Of a DNA stretch of 48,861 nt, positions 20,012 through 29,996 are shown piece after piece. Under the pieces are notes generated by a model that saw only the letters and a program-made list of their open reading frames with translations, did not search any database and was not told where the DNA came from. The DNA lies in the NCBI GenBank assembly GCA_044358425.1, contig CP054849.1, forward strand, positions 1,263,080 through 1,311,940, in the 5' to 3' direction. The stretch is from Marine Group I thaumarchaeote (GTDB lineage Archaea; Thermoproteota; Nitrososphaeria; Nitrososphaerales; Nitrosopumilaceae). The translations under genes were made by a program, and so were the position numbers. Within the stretch, counting starts at the first letter, position 1. Each line of letters starts with the position of its first letter.

Positions 20012-20182
20012 ATGTCTTGCACTCATACTTTCAAAAATAAAGAAAATCACATGATTTGTTCAAAGTGTGGATATATCCGGGAATTTACTAAACCGCCCAT
20101 AAAAGCGAAAATTCTGGTAATCGGCTTATTAATCTCGGTAATGATAGTAGGGGGCGTTTTTACACTCTCATTATTTTCCTAA
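20012..20182 (+). CDS. 56-aa Zn-ribbon + C-terminal TM microprotein (absent from the ORF track)
   Basis: MSCTHTFKNKENHMICSKCGYIREFTKPPIKAKILVIGLLISVMIVGGVFTLSLFS*. CxH...CxxCG followed by a hydrophobic helix; TTTAAAA box at 19983-19989. Confidence 0.65.
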   Translation: MSCTHTFKNKENHMICSKCGYIREFTKPPIKAKILVIGLLISVMIVGGVFTLSLFS

Positions 20183-20244
20183 AAATCAGTTTTGTTAAAT
20201 AATCAGTCAAGGTTTATATCTAAAAATTTACCACTTATGACAAA

Positions 20245-20625
20245 ATGGGATTAATGAAAGAAATGATGAAAGAAATTGGAAACAAATCTAGAGAATTTTA
20301 TGAATTTGTTTTACCACCAATAGATATGCATCTAACTGATGAAAATCTTAAAGTAGTAATTGATATTCCAGGATTTTCAAAAAAAGATATCAAACTAACT
20401 TTATGCGGCGATATTCTTTCTATAAAGGCTAAAAAAGTTATGGATGAAAAAGATTCAAAAACATTAATTTCAAATCAGCGACCAAATATGATTAATAAAA
20501 AAATTAGATTGCCAATTGAAATTAAAGAAGGTGAAGAAAAAATTGAATCAGCAAAATATGAAGATGGTGTTTTAGTGTTAATAATTCCAGTAACTAAAAA
20601 ATCAAAAAATATTACAATTGAATAA
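20245..20625 (+). CDS. Small heat-shock protein (Hsp20/alpha-crystallin)
   Basis: DIPGFSKKDI and AKYEDGVLVLIIP. Confidence 0.93.
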   Translation: MGLMKEMMKEIGNKSREFYEFVLPPIDMHLTDENLKVVIDIPGFSKKDIKLTLCGDILSIKAKKVMDEKDSKTLISNQRPNMINKKIRLPIEIKEGEEKIESAKYEDGVLVLIIPVTKKSKNITIE

Positions 20626-20626
20626 T

Positions 20627-22171
20627 CTAATATTTTCGTAGTAATGCAGATATTCCCATAATAATACCAGAACTAATCATTCCAATTGTTCCAAAATATT
20701 CATTTGATTGAAATAATAACACAGAACCAATAAAAATAGCAGAAGAAAAAATACTTCCACTAATCAACACAACTGGTTTACGTTTTTTCATATAAACTTC
20801 AACTTCATTCATTAATTTCTCCATATCTGAACCAACTCTTAAAGTTGAATTGATTGATTTTAGAAAACTATCAAAGGAAATTTTTAATTCTTCAACATAT
20901 GCACCTGTGATTAAATTTTCTTGTTCTAAAATATTTTTTAAAACTTTTAAAAATTTAAAATCAACGTCATGTGTTTTATAAATTCCTTCAATAATTGAAG
21001 CCATTCTCAAATATAATGCCAAATTTTTTGGTAAGATAAATGGAAATTTACTCATAGTTTTATTTGCTAATTCCATCAAACTTTCCACTTCCATTTCATC
21101 AGGTTTATCACCATGCATAGAACGAATTGATAATTCTATTCCTTTTTCAATTACCGATCTATTATAATCAGGAGTTAACATTTTGAGATCATCCATTGCA
21201 GAAACTACTCTTGAGGGATTCTTTTCCACTAGTGCAAGATACAATCGGATTAAATTAATTCGTGTTTTGTTATTTATTCTTCCAACCATTCCATAGTCAT
21301 ATAGAATTAATTTTCCTTCATCAGTAACTGAAATATTTCCTGGATGTGGATCTGCATGAAAAATTGAATGTTTCAAAAGCATTGTGAAAAAAATCTGATG
21401 AACATCAATGACTAATTGTTGTCTATCGATATTTTTTTTATCTAGGGCTTCTACATTTGTGACTTTAATTCCAGGCAAATATTCCATGGTAAGTACATTT
21501 TTTGAAGAAAAATCATCAAAAACTGAGGGTATAATTACCTTAGAATTATTTGCCATATCATTTTTGATTTCTTTAAGATTTTTGGATTCGTTAGTATAAT
21601 CTAATTCTTCATGAATGGTTTCAATAAATTGTGAGAGCATTGTTTTGGCTGAGTATCTTAAATTTGAATCAACAAATCTTAATGCCAATGGCAGTATTTT
21701 TTTTAGAATTTTAAGATCTTTTTCAACTACTTTTTCAATTCCAGGTCTTTTTACTTTAATTACTATTTGTTGACCAGAAATTGAGCCTCTATACACTTGT
21801 CCTAATGATGCTCCTGAAATAGAAGTTGGTTCAATATTATCAAATTTTTCATTTATCAATCCAATATCTTTTTCAATTATTGGTTTTACTTGTTCAAAAG
21901 GAGCAGCAGGTACACTATCTTGTAGTTTTGATAATTCTTGTAAATATGGTTGTGGTAAAATATCTGCTCTAGATGATAACCATTGTCCTAATTTTATGTA
22001 AACTGGCCCCAATGAAATAAAAGTTTCAAGAACTTTAGTTGCATTTTTTTTAAATTGAGTTGGATCAATTTCATTTTTATTTTGATTGATCCATTTCTTT
22101 CGATCTTTACGTAATGCCAAAATAGATGGCAAAAGTTTAATCAAAATTTTTACGGTTCTAATGGTATACAC
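20627..22171 (-). CDS. UbiB/ABC1 (AarF) atypical kinase
   Basis: LGPVYIKLGQ (KxGQ), ASLGQVY, VIKVKRPG, FHADPHPGN, DYGM, and two C-terminal TM helices. Confidence 0.93.
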   Translation of the reverse strand: MYTIRTVKILIKLLPSILALRKDRKKWINQNKNEIDPTQFKKNATKVLETFISLGPVYIKLGQWLSSRADILPQPYLQELSKLQDSVPAAPFEQVKPIIEKDIGLINEKFDNIEPTSISGASLGQVYRGSISGQQIVIKVKRPGIEKVVEKDLKILKKILPLALRFVDSNLRYSAKTMLSQFIETIHEELDYTNESKNLKEIKNDMANNSKVIIPSVFDDFSSKNVLTMEYLPGIKVTNVEALDKKNIDRQQLVIDVHQIFFTMLLKHSIFHADPHPGNISVTDEGKLILYDYGMVGRINNKTRINLIRLYLALVEKNPSRVVSAMDDLKMLTPDYNRSVIEKGIELSIRSMHGDKPDEMEVESLMELANKTMSKFPFILPKNLALYLRMASIIEGIYKTHDVDFKFLKVLKNILEQENLITGAYVEELKISFDSFLKSINSTLRVGSDMEKLMNEVEVYMKKRKPVVLISGSIFSSAIFIGSVLLFQSNEYFGTIGMISSGIIMGISALLRKY

Positions 22172-22175
22172 AAAA

Positions 22176-22559
22176 TCACTCCAAATGTTTTTTTATTTTC
22201 TTGGTTGTTTCATATGCCAAATATCCAGACATTAACGAAGATGCTAATACATTAGCTATGGATAATTTTTTAGAGTTTTTAGATGATAGTTTTTTTGCAG
22301 TGTTTATTCCAGTGAATATTCCACAAGCAATTCCAATTAATACTTCAGGAGCATCATAAACTAAATGACCAATTGGGTTTACTCTAGGATCAATTTTATC
22401 TGTATGAACTAAAAATTTATCATCATATTCTCTGATATGTAAATTTCCATAACGATATTGTTTTAGAGCTCCATTTTTTTGTCCAAGGATTGTTTCTTCT
22501 GCTTCTTCGAGCATGAATTCACGTAATTCTTTAGGAACTTCAATTTCATCACCAGGCAT
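22176..22559 (-). CDS. Hypothetical protein with C-terminal hydrophobic segments
   Basis: QYRYGNLHIREY...VHTDKIDP..NPIGHL; ATG at 22559 preferred. Confidence 0.7.
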   Translation of the reverse strand: MPGDEIEVPKELREFMLEEAEETILGQKNGALKQYRYGNLHIREYDDKFLVHTDKIDPRVNPIGHLVYDAPEVLIGIACGIFTGINTAKKLSSKNSKKLSIANVLASSLMSGYLAYETTKKIKKHLE

Positions 22560-22652
22560 AAGATGAATATACAATAATTGCTTATAATCCTAGATCAAAA
22601 AAAATTATGCCTAGTTTTGATTCCATAGTAATTAATTCTCATTAATTTAATT

Positions 22653-22835
22653 TTACAAATTATTTTTTGTAAATAAAATAAAACTAGCACCAAATGAAAT
22701 TAGCATTATAATTCCAGGAATATATGCATAATTAAATTCCATATCAGGATGATTTTGTTCGTGATAGTAATTAATCGCAAAAGTTAATATCAAAAAAATT
22801 ACGCCGATAAAAGTTAGTTTTCTATGATTTAGCAA
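22653..22835 (-). CDS. Small two-TM membrane protein
   Basis: 60 aa with two hydrophobic helices flanking an acidic/His loop. Confidence 0.6.
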   Translation of the reverse strand: MLNHRKLTFIGVIFLILTFAINYYHEQNHPDMEFNYAYIPGIIMLISFGASFILFTKNNL

Positions 22836-22880
22836 TAATTATCAAATAATTAATTACTATATGAATTTAGAAAAATATGT

Positions 22881-23219
22881 TTAAGGGTCCTTTTCTATTT
22901 CAGATAATTTAGTAATTATCTGTTCTAATTCGGATTTATTTTCATTTATGACTTGCTTTAAAACTTCAATTTCATTATTGATTTGATTGATATTGACATC
23001 GTCAGAATTTTTAATTTCATTTTCTAATTCATTTAAAATTTTTTGATTGTATTGATTTATTTTTTCTAATTCATTTTTGTATTTTAATAAATTATCATAT
23101 TGAGTAGAGATATTGGGGATATCTACATAATTAGAATTTGAAATAAAACCTGTTGCAATTATTAAACTACCTACAGATAATGTTATAATTAAAATAATAA
23201 TTGGTAGTCTTAGTTTCAT
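22881..23219 (-). CDS. Membrane-anchored coiled-coil protein
   Basis: N-terminal TM helix followed by an Asn/Glu/Ile heptad-rich region. Confidence 0.65.
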   Translation of the reverse strand: MKLRLPIIILIITLSVGSLIIATGFISNSNYVDIPNISTQYDNLLKYKNELEKINQYNQKILNELENEIKNSDDVNINQINNEIEVLKQVINENKSELEQIITKLSEIEKDP

Positions 23220-23263
23220 TTCATATCCATAGTTTTTTTCAGATTTAAAATTAATGATAATTT

Positions 23264-24574
23264 TTATGATTTCTGGTTTTTACGCCTACGAATCAAAAAT
23301 ACTGCGATAATAATTACAATAATGATTGGAATTATGATATATGCAGGACTAAATGTTTCTTCTTCAACAGTAGAAATTTCATTAACTAAAATTGTAGTTT
23401 CGTAAGGAAGGAAAATTTCATCTCTCACACTATCTTTGTATCTTACAGTAATTGTAACATCATGTTCACCATATTCTGGTTCGCCCTCAAATTCTATTGG
23501 AATATTAAATGGGACTGGTGCATCTGTTTCAATTTCATCAATAAATTGAGTATTAGATTTAATGTTAGAGTTACCATTGGCATTAAGAGTTACAAACCCA
23601 AATAATGCATCTTCATTTCCTTCATTAATTATTTCACCAATTACCATTTGTGTTCCAGATAATTCAATGACTCTTACATTGAAAACAGTAAGATCAATCA
23701 AACCTCTAATGTAGAAATCAAGAATTTTTGAAATAGTTTCTTTATCACCATGTGTATTATAATACGTAATAGATAATGGGATTCGTAAAGTATCACCTTT
23801 CAATGATTCAGGAACATAAACATCAGCAGTAAAGGAATCATATGATTTTGCATCAATATTTCCCAAATCCCAACTAGATTCTAGAATCAAAACATTTTCA
23901 ATATTTGTAATAGATGCGGTATTAGATGAAAGTGATGTTTGTGCATTATCTATAGTAACATCAACTGCAGACATTGGTGCAGTTCCATCATTAACAATAT
24001 CTATTACAATATTATTTGATTTCAATGAAGTAAGAAATGTTTCAGATGCTCTAACGTTAATTGTACTATCTCCAGTAACTTTAAAGTCAAAAGTAGAAAA
24101 TGATGATCTAACACCTGACTCCCTTAATCTTGAATAATCAACTTTAACAGTTCCAGAATATTGTTGAATGTCAATATTTTCATCAATATTTACATAAAAA
24201 GTCAAATGGAAATTTGTTCCAGCTAAAGAATTAGTGTTGGTATTAGCATCAATTGTTGAACCAGGTCCATCTGAACCTGAAAATCCAAATGGTAATGAGA
24301 GTTTTCCTTCAATTCCAGTAATATCTTGAGTTCCTACATTAGCAAATTCAATTGTAAATGGAACATTGTTATCCCCACTACCAACTTCTATTTTGCTATT
24401 GAGTGTACCAAAATATGCATCTAATAATTTTACATCACCAAAATCTCTTTCAAATGCTGAATCACCAAAGTTTCCAGATTGTATTGGTCCATCTTTCCAA
24501 TCAGCAAATGAAGATGAAATAAACAATGGGGAAAGTCCAATTAAAAATAAAGTTAATAGTAATTTAGAATTCAT
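23264..24574 (-). CDS. COG1361 S-layer-domain surface protein
   Basis: Signal peptide, repeated Ig-like NxG motifs (ANVG, VNDG, INEG), and a C-terminal TM helix with an RRRK tail. Confidence 0.8.
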   Translation of the reverse strand: MNSKLLLTLFLIGLSPLFISSSFADWKDGPIQSGNFGDSAFERDFGDVKLLDAYFGTLNSKIEVGSGDNNVPFTIEFANVGTQDITGIEGKLSLPFGFSGSDGPGSTIDANTNTNSLAGTNFHLTFYVNIDENIDIQQYSGTVKVDYSRLRESGVRSSFSTFDFKVTGDSTINVRASETFLTSLKSNNIVIDIVNDGTAPMSAVDVTIDNAQTSLSSNTASITNIENVLILESSWDLGNIDAKSYDSFTADVYVPESLKGDTLRIPLSITYYNTHGDKETISKILDFYIRGLIDLTVFNVRVIELSGTQMVIGEIINEGNEDALFGFVTLNANGNSNIKSNTQFIDEIETDAPVPFNIPIEFEGEPEYGEHDVTITVRYKDSVRDEIFLPYETTILVNEISTVEEETFSPAYIIIPIIIVIIIAVFLIRRRKNQKS

Positions 24575-25278
24575 TATACAGTAATCTCCATTGTTGAATG
24601 TTCTTCATCTTCAAATGCTTTACCATCTTTAATTGTAATAACTTTATCAACATCACCAAAATGATGCCTATCGTGAGTAACAATTACAAAAGTTTGATTT
24701 AGTTTTTTTGCCATTGATTTCATCAAATCAACAATTAGTTGTGATGTTACTGAATCAAGATTACCTGTTGGTTCATCAGCTAAAACAATTGAAGGTTTGT
24801 TGATTAAACCTCTTGCTATAGCTACTCTTTGAGCTTGTCCACCTGAGATTTTATTGGCTCGTTTGTGGATTTGATCTTCTAAACCAACTGCTTTAAGTAA
24901 ATCTTGAGCTTCTTTTTCAGAGCTTGAACTAGTTCCAGCAATTTGTATTGGCAATAATATATTTTCTAAAACTGAAAGATCAGACAAAAGATTAGAAAAT
25001 TGAAAAATAAATCCTAATTTCTTATTTCTGAATGAAGAGATTTGATCATCGTTAAGAGTGGTAGTATTAGTTTCATCAATGAAAATTTCTCCGTTTGTTG
25101 GACTATCTAAAAGCCCAATCATATTCAATAATGTAGATTTTCCTGATCCTGAACTTCCAACAATTAAAACAACATCACCTCTTTCAATTGAAAAAGATAC
25201 ATTATCTAGAGCTTTAACTTCATTATCTCCATCACCATAAATTTTGGTTAAATGATTAACTTCAAGTACTTTAGCCAG
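24574..25278 (-). CDS. ABC transporter ATP-binding protein (LolD/MacB type), probable CTG start
   Basis: The frame extends 50 codons upstream of the track ORF to include Walker A GSSGSGKST; also ISGGQAQR, LADEPTGNLD and VTHD. Confidence 0.92.
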   Translation of the reverse strand: MAKVLEVNHLTKIYGDGDNEVKALDNVSFSIERGDVVLIVGSSGSGKSTLLNMIGLLDSPTNGEIFIDETNTTTLNDDQISSFRNKKLGFIFQFSNLLSDLSVLENILLPIQIAGTSSSSEKEAQDLLKAVGLEDQIHKRANKISGGQAQRVAIARGLINKPSIVLADEPTGNLDSVTSQLIVDLMKSMAKKLNQTFVIVTHDRHHFGDVDKVITIKDGKAFEDEEHSTMEITV

Positions 25279-26458
25279 TTCTCATCGCCTCCACAGGTAG
25301 TAATTTTGTTGCCCTATACGATGGGTATAGAGATGCAATGATAGCTAAAATGAATGATGCCAATGCAGTCTGGATAATTTTTTCCCAATTGTAACTTACT
25401 TCAAGTGGCAAACTGTTATTGAAAGACATTTTTGTTTCTTTTGCGTAAATTGTGTATCCTAATCCAGTAGCAGTACCAACTCCAGCACCAATTGCTCCAA
25501 TTAGCATACCTTGAAAAATAAAAATTATCAAAATATCTTTTCTTTTTGCACCAATTGCTCTCATTACACCAATTTCTTTAGTTTTTCCATTTACTAACAT
25601 CATTTGAATTGTGACAATTGCAAATGCTGAGGACATCATTCCAAAGTAACCAATCATGTTAATCATTGCAATACCAGATCTAAAACCAGCAAGTTGTTGT
25701 TCAGCAGATTCCTCAATGGTTTCTGCTAGAAAATCATCATTTGGAAATGATAGTAAGAAGAATTCTTTGACTTCAAATGCTTTAGTTGGATCATTTAATT
25801 TTACCATAATTGATCCTGTTTGACCTTCTCTATTTGTCATATCACGTAATGTATCAATATGTATAACTGCACTATAGTCAAATCCTTGACCACCTGGTGA
25901 TTTTGCAATTCCAGATACAGTAAATCTTTTTGTTTGTTCTTCACCCCATCTATCAATAATTGTAACTTTTACATTATCACCAACTACAGCTCCTCCAAGA
26001 TCATTTGAAACAGTATTTCCTAAAACAATTGAATTTCTTGAGAAAACATAAGTTCCTTCTGTGACAGTTTCATGAACAGTTGATGCTCTAATGTCATTGA
26101 ATGGATCAACACCCACTACAGGGATTCTAGTTTTTTCAATTAAATTTCCATTCTTTGTTATTTCCATTTCTGCTGTTGCTGAAAGCCGGGGAGTCGCCGC
26201 TACAACATAAGAGATTCTTTCAAACCAACTTACAATAGACGAATCAGATTTATCGATATAGTCATCTTCATTGGTTACGAGAATATCGCCATTACGATAT
26301 TCACTGATATCTCTAACAATTGCATCAAAAAGTCCCTGAAAAATTACAAAATTTACGTGAATAACTAAAATTCCGATTGTCACAGCTAAAACCGCACCGA
26401 TCAAACTACCTCTTTTATTGAAAAGCATTCTTTTTGCTAATTTCATTCGGTAATCCAT
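25271..26458 (-). CDS. ABC transporter permease (LolC/E, MacB/FtsX type)
   Basis: 1 TM + large extracellular domain + 3 TM; KEIGVMRAIGA and SLYPSYRATKLLPVEAMR. Confidence 0.92.
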   Translation of the reverse strand: MDYRMKLAKRMLFNKRGSLIGAVLAVTIGILVIHVNFVIFQGLFDAIVRDISEYRNGDILVTNEDDYIDKSDSSIVSWFERISYVVAATPRLSATAEMEITKNGNLIEKTRIPVVGVDPFNDIRASTVHETVTEGTYVFSRNSIVLGNTVSNDLGGAVVGDNVKVTIIDRWGEEQTKRFTVSGIAKSPGGQGFDYSAVIHIDTLRDMTNREGQTGSIMVKLNDPTKAFEVKEFFLLSFPNDDFLAETIEESAEQQLAGFRSGIAMINMIGYFGMMSSAFAIVTIQMMLVNGKTKEIGVMRAIGAKRKDILIIFIFQGMLIGAIGAGVGTATGLGYTIYAKETKMSFNNSLPLEVSYNWEKIIQTALASFILAIIASLYPSYRATKLLPVEAMRTG

Positions 26459-26573
26459 AAGATAATTGAAAAAGTCTGATATTTAACATATATTATTTCT
26501 AGTGCTAAATTACAGACAATTTTATATCGTATTAGTTATTTCTATATTTTGTGGAGGCACAATAAGTGATAAA

Positions 26574-27476
26574 ATGGACAATTTTGATATACAGATTCTA
26601 AGTAGATTATTAAATAATTGTAGAGAATCTGACAGGCAAATAGGAATAGAATTAGGGATGTCTGGAGGAGCTGTTAACTCAAGGATACGTAAAATGCAGA
26701 AATTAGAGATTATTGAAAAATTTGTAGTGAAAGTTGAACCACCAGTTTTAGGATTTGGCGTGTTGTATTTTGTAATATCAGGAGAAAATATGAAAGAAGT
26801 GTTAGAACAAGTAAGCTTAGTAGGTGAACCTCATTTTGTGGCACCCTGTGTTGGTGGAATTACAGTTTGCAGTATAATTGTAAAAGAAAATTTAGAACAA
26901 AAAATTGAACTTGCAAAAAAACTAATGAAGGATTTTAAAGTATTATCAATCTTTGAAGCAGAAAATCCAGGATTTAAAACAAATCTAACAAAAACAGATT
27001 TACAAATTTTAGATGAATTAATAAAAGATCCTAGGCAAAAAATTGAAACTCTTGCAAAAAATACAAAAATGTCAACAAAAACAATTACAAGATGCATTGA
27101 TAAATTACAAAAAAATGAAGGAATTCAATTTACTACAGTATATGATCCTAAAAAAATAAAAAAATTTATTCCATATGCAATTATTACATGGATAGAAGGG
27201 GATTTAAAAGAAACTTTAGAAAAAATGAATAAAGAATTTTCTAATACATATTTACAAATTCCTTTTATTGCAAAAAATCAAATTGTTTTATTTTTGTATA
27301 GTAATAATATTTACAAAATAGATGAACTAACACAAAAAGTTAGAAATCTTAAAAATATTAAATCTGCAGATTTGTTTATTCCTAAAAAAATTTCATTTTA
27401 TGATAACTGGATAAAGAAAACAATTATAGATTTTAAAAAATCATCTAAACTACATTTGACATACCAAACAAATTAA
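26574..27476 (+). CDS. Lrp/AsnC-family regulator with duplicated HTH
   Basis: MDNFDIQILSRL...VNSRIRKM plus a second HTH LTKTDLQILDEL...ITRCIDKL; ATG 26574 preferred. Confidence 0.85.
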   Translation: MDNFDIQILSRLLNNCRESDRQIGIELGMSGGAVNSRIRKMQKLEIIEKFVVKVEPPVLGFGVLYFVISGENMKEVLEQVSLVGEPHFVAPCVGGITVCSIIVKENLEQKIELAKKLMKDFKVLSIFEAENPGFKTNLTKTDLQILDELIKDPRQKIETLAKNTKMSTKTITRCIDKLQKNEGIQFTTVYDPKKIKKFIPYAIITWIEGDLKETLEKMNKEFSNTYLQIPFIAKNQIVLFLYSNNIYKIDELTQKVRNLKNIKSADLFIPKKISFYDNWIKKTIIDFKKSSKLHLTYQTN

Positions 27477-27500
27477 ATAATAATAAGGTTCAAAAATAAT

Positions 27501-28016
27501 ATGAAAAAAGAAAAACTGTACAAAGGAAAATTATTTGAATTAAATGCATATTATATGAAAGTGGAACATAGAAAAGTTCGTAGAGAAGTTATTGAACATC
27601 CAGGTGCTGCTGCAATGCTTGCTTTTGATGAAAAAGGTAAAGTTTTGCTAGTTAAACAACATCGATATCCACATGGATATATTCTAGAAATTCCAGCTGG
27701 GACTTTAGAAAAAAGAGAAAAAGCAATTGATTGTGCCTATAGGGAGCTAATTGAAGAAACAGGTTATGAAGCCAAAAAAATGACTAAATTAATTTCATAT
27801 TTTCCATCAGTAGGCTATAACAAAGAAGAAATTCATATTTTTGTAGCATCAGGTACAAAAAAGAAATTTGATTTAAAATTAGATAATGATGAATTCATCA
27901 CTGTTGTAAAAATGGATATTAAAAAATTGATTGGAATGATAAAATCTGGAAAAATCATTGATTCCAAAACAATTTGTGCAGTGATGGTTTATGCTGCAAA
28001 GAAAAAATTATTGTAA
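27501..28016 (+). CDS. NUDIX hydrolase (ADP-ribose pyrophosphatase-like)
   Basis: Nudix box EIPAGTLE...AYRELIEETGY. Confidence 0.92.
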   Translation: MKKEKLYKGKLFELNAYYMKVEHRKVRREVIEHPGAAAMLAFDEKGKVLLVKQHRYPHGYILEIPAGTLEKREKAIDCAYRELIEETGYEAKKMTKLISYFPSVGYNKEEIHIFVASGTKKKFDLKLDNDEFITVVKMDIKKLIGMIKSGKIIDSKTICAVMVYAAKKKLL

Positions 28017-28053
28017 TTATTTTTCAAAAATATTCATTGTAGATGAAAATGGT

Positions 28054-29031
28054 TTACTGATAACTTGGTTTAACCAGATCAGTAATATCAGACCAAGATT
28101 GTAAAATCTTTTCAAACATATAGATAAGATCAAACAATGGTAAAGATATTTGCTTTTCACTTTCTAAGGAAGAGCGTATTTTTGAAATTTTTAGGGAGTT
28201 AGTTCTTTGTAATCTAATTGCATTAATTGCAAGTATTCTATTATTAGAAATAAATGAATCAATTGATTTAATTTGTATTTCATCTATATCTTTTGCAAAA
28301 TCATATAATTTTTTTAATTCTTTTTTAGATAAATTTGATTTAATTAGTGATTTAGATAATTCTACAACTGTATCACCTGCTATTTCAAGTGTATTTGCAG
28401 CAATTCTGTAATCAAGAATATCAATATTTTCTAAATTGAAAATTCCAGCTAATCTAGTATCCATTATTGTACTTCGAATTAATCTAACAAGAAGAAAATA
28501 TTGTCGGTTAATTTCAGCATCACGATTTGCAATTGTTTCAAGATTTGTTTTATCCCCATTTTTTAATGCTAATACAACATCATTAAACATTCCAAGTGCA
28601 ATTGAACTCATTCGTTTTAAGATATTTTGTGGATTGATTGATGTTTCATCTAGTAAGAATTGAACAGAAATGTTTGTTGCATCTTCATCAATAATTTCTA
28701 GTCCAACTAATTTTCTCATTGAACCACGAACATTTTCCCTATCACTAATTGAGATCGAGGATTTTCCCACAATTCGTATGACATCAAATCCTAAAAGATA
28801 TGCACCAGTAATTGTTGGAACAATACCTTCACCTTCCGATAAAGGATATGAAATTTCAACTTCTTTTGAAGGCCTCTTACTTAGTTGTGTTCTAATTGAG
28901 AGATTGTTTTGATTTGTTTCAATTTCAACTTGATTACTTTTACTAAGCTCATTTGCATCAATCCATTCTTTTGGAAGAGAAACAAGAATACTACTACCAA
29001 TTTTTTGTAGGCGTCGAGTGAACGTAGTCAA
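28054..29031 (-). CDS. Archaeal PhoU-family regulator with N-terminal AbrB-like domain
   Basis: RRLQKIGSSILVSLPKEW, AYLLGFD, and RDAEINRQYFLLVR. Confidence 0.88.
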   Translation of the reverse strand: MTTFTRRLQKIGSSILVSLPKEWIDANELSKSNQVEIETNQNNLSIRTQLSKRPSKEVEISYPLSEGEGIVPTITGAYLLGFDVIRIVGKSSISISDRENVRGSMRKLVGLEIIDEDATNISVQFLLDETSINPQNILKRMSSIALGMFNDVVLALKNGDKTNLETIANRDAEINRQYFLLVRLIRSTIMDTRLAGIFNLENIDILDYRIAANTLEIAGDTVVELSKSLIKSNLSKKELKKLYDFAKDIDEIQIKSIDSFISNNRILAINAIRLQRTNSLKISKIRSSLESEKQISLPLFDLIYMFEKILQSWSDITDLVKPSYQ

Positions 29032-29097
29032 TTTATATTAATTTAAATTATTTAAGCCAAGTATTAATATTTTCCATTTATCTCAAATTTGATCATT

Positions 29098-29991
29098 ATG
29101 GCAACAGCATTTTGTCCAGCCCATATCACAGGTTTCTTTAAGGCGGAATTAAGCAAAAAAGATTCAAAACAATTAGGCTCACTAGGTGCAGGATTTTCCA
29201 TTGAAAAAGGTGTAAAAACAACAGTTACAATTCGAGAGAAAACAAAACATGACATTTCAAATTTTACAATCAAAGTCAATGGTTTTGAATCAGGGGATAT
29301 GAGAGTGTCAGAAGTAGTTCTCAGTAAATTTTCTACAGAAGGAAAATTTGTAGACATTATACATGAAATTGATGTTCCTGTTGGATATGGATTTGGATGT
29401 AGTGCAGCAGTTGCATTATCACTAGCCATTGCATTAAATGATGCATTAAAATCTAAATTATCTAAAATTGAAGTTGCACAAATAGCACATGATGTTGAAA
29501 TAGAATGTAAAACAGGATTAGGGGATGTTTTAGCATCATATCATGGTGGATTTGAAATTAGAGATAAACCAGGGGCACCAGGCATTGGACATGTTCAAAA
29601 AATTAATTTAAATAAAATTTCTATAATCATGATATGTTTTTCTCCAATTTCAACAAGTAAATTTATCAAAGAAAAATTATCACAAATTAATGGTCTTGGT
29701 GGAAAAATGGTCAATGAATTATTGGAATCAAAGAATTATGAACATTTTCAAGAAATGTCTTTAGAATTTGCAAAATATGTAAATGTGATGACACCTAGAA
29801 TGCAAAAAGTAGTTAATGAATTAACAAATAACAATATTAAATGTGGTATCGCATTATTTGGCGAAACAATTTTTTCAATGATTCCAAAAGAAAACGAAGA
29901 AAAAGTTTTAAAAATTTTAGAAAAATTTTCTGATGGAATAATCATAAAATCAAAATTAGATGATGTAGGTGCTAGAATTCTTAATAATTAA
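29098..29991 (+). CDS. Pantoate kinase (GHMP family)
   Basis: AFCPAHITGFF, GSLGAG, PVGYGFGCSAA and TGLGDV; first gene of the CoA operon. Confidence 0.9.
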   Translation: MATAFCPAHITGFFKAELSKKDSKQLGSLGAGFSIEKGVKTTVTIREKTKHDISNFTIKVNGFESGDMRVSEVVLSKFSTEGKFVDIIHEIDVPVGYGFGCSAAVALSLAIALNDALKSKLSKIEVAQIAHDVEIECKTGLGDVLASYHGGFEIRDKPGAPGIGHVQKINLNKISIIMICFSPISTSKFIKEKLSQINGLGGKMVNELLESKNYEHFQEMSLEFAKYVNVMTPRMQKVVNELTNNNIKCGIALFGETIFSMIPKENEEKVLKILEKFSDGIIIKSKLDDVGARILNN

Positions 29992-29996
29992 AAAAT

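Noticed and set aside
19920-20054. Short ORFs (MFDDIKS..., MNSRFKTNESKIKLCL...) upstream of or overlapping the Zn-ribbon ORF
   Set aside because: Under 30 aa, AT-rich and without motifs; the 20012-20182 frame explains the region better.
20060-20165. GC-richer intergenic patch as a possible ncRNA
   Set aside because: No convincing long stem was found, and it is accounted for by the 56-aa coding frame.
24574-25128. ABC ATPase as a pseudogene lacking Walker A
   Set aside because: Walker A is present in frame upstream; the apparent truncation comes from disallowing CTG starts.
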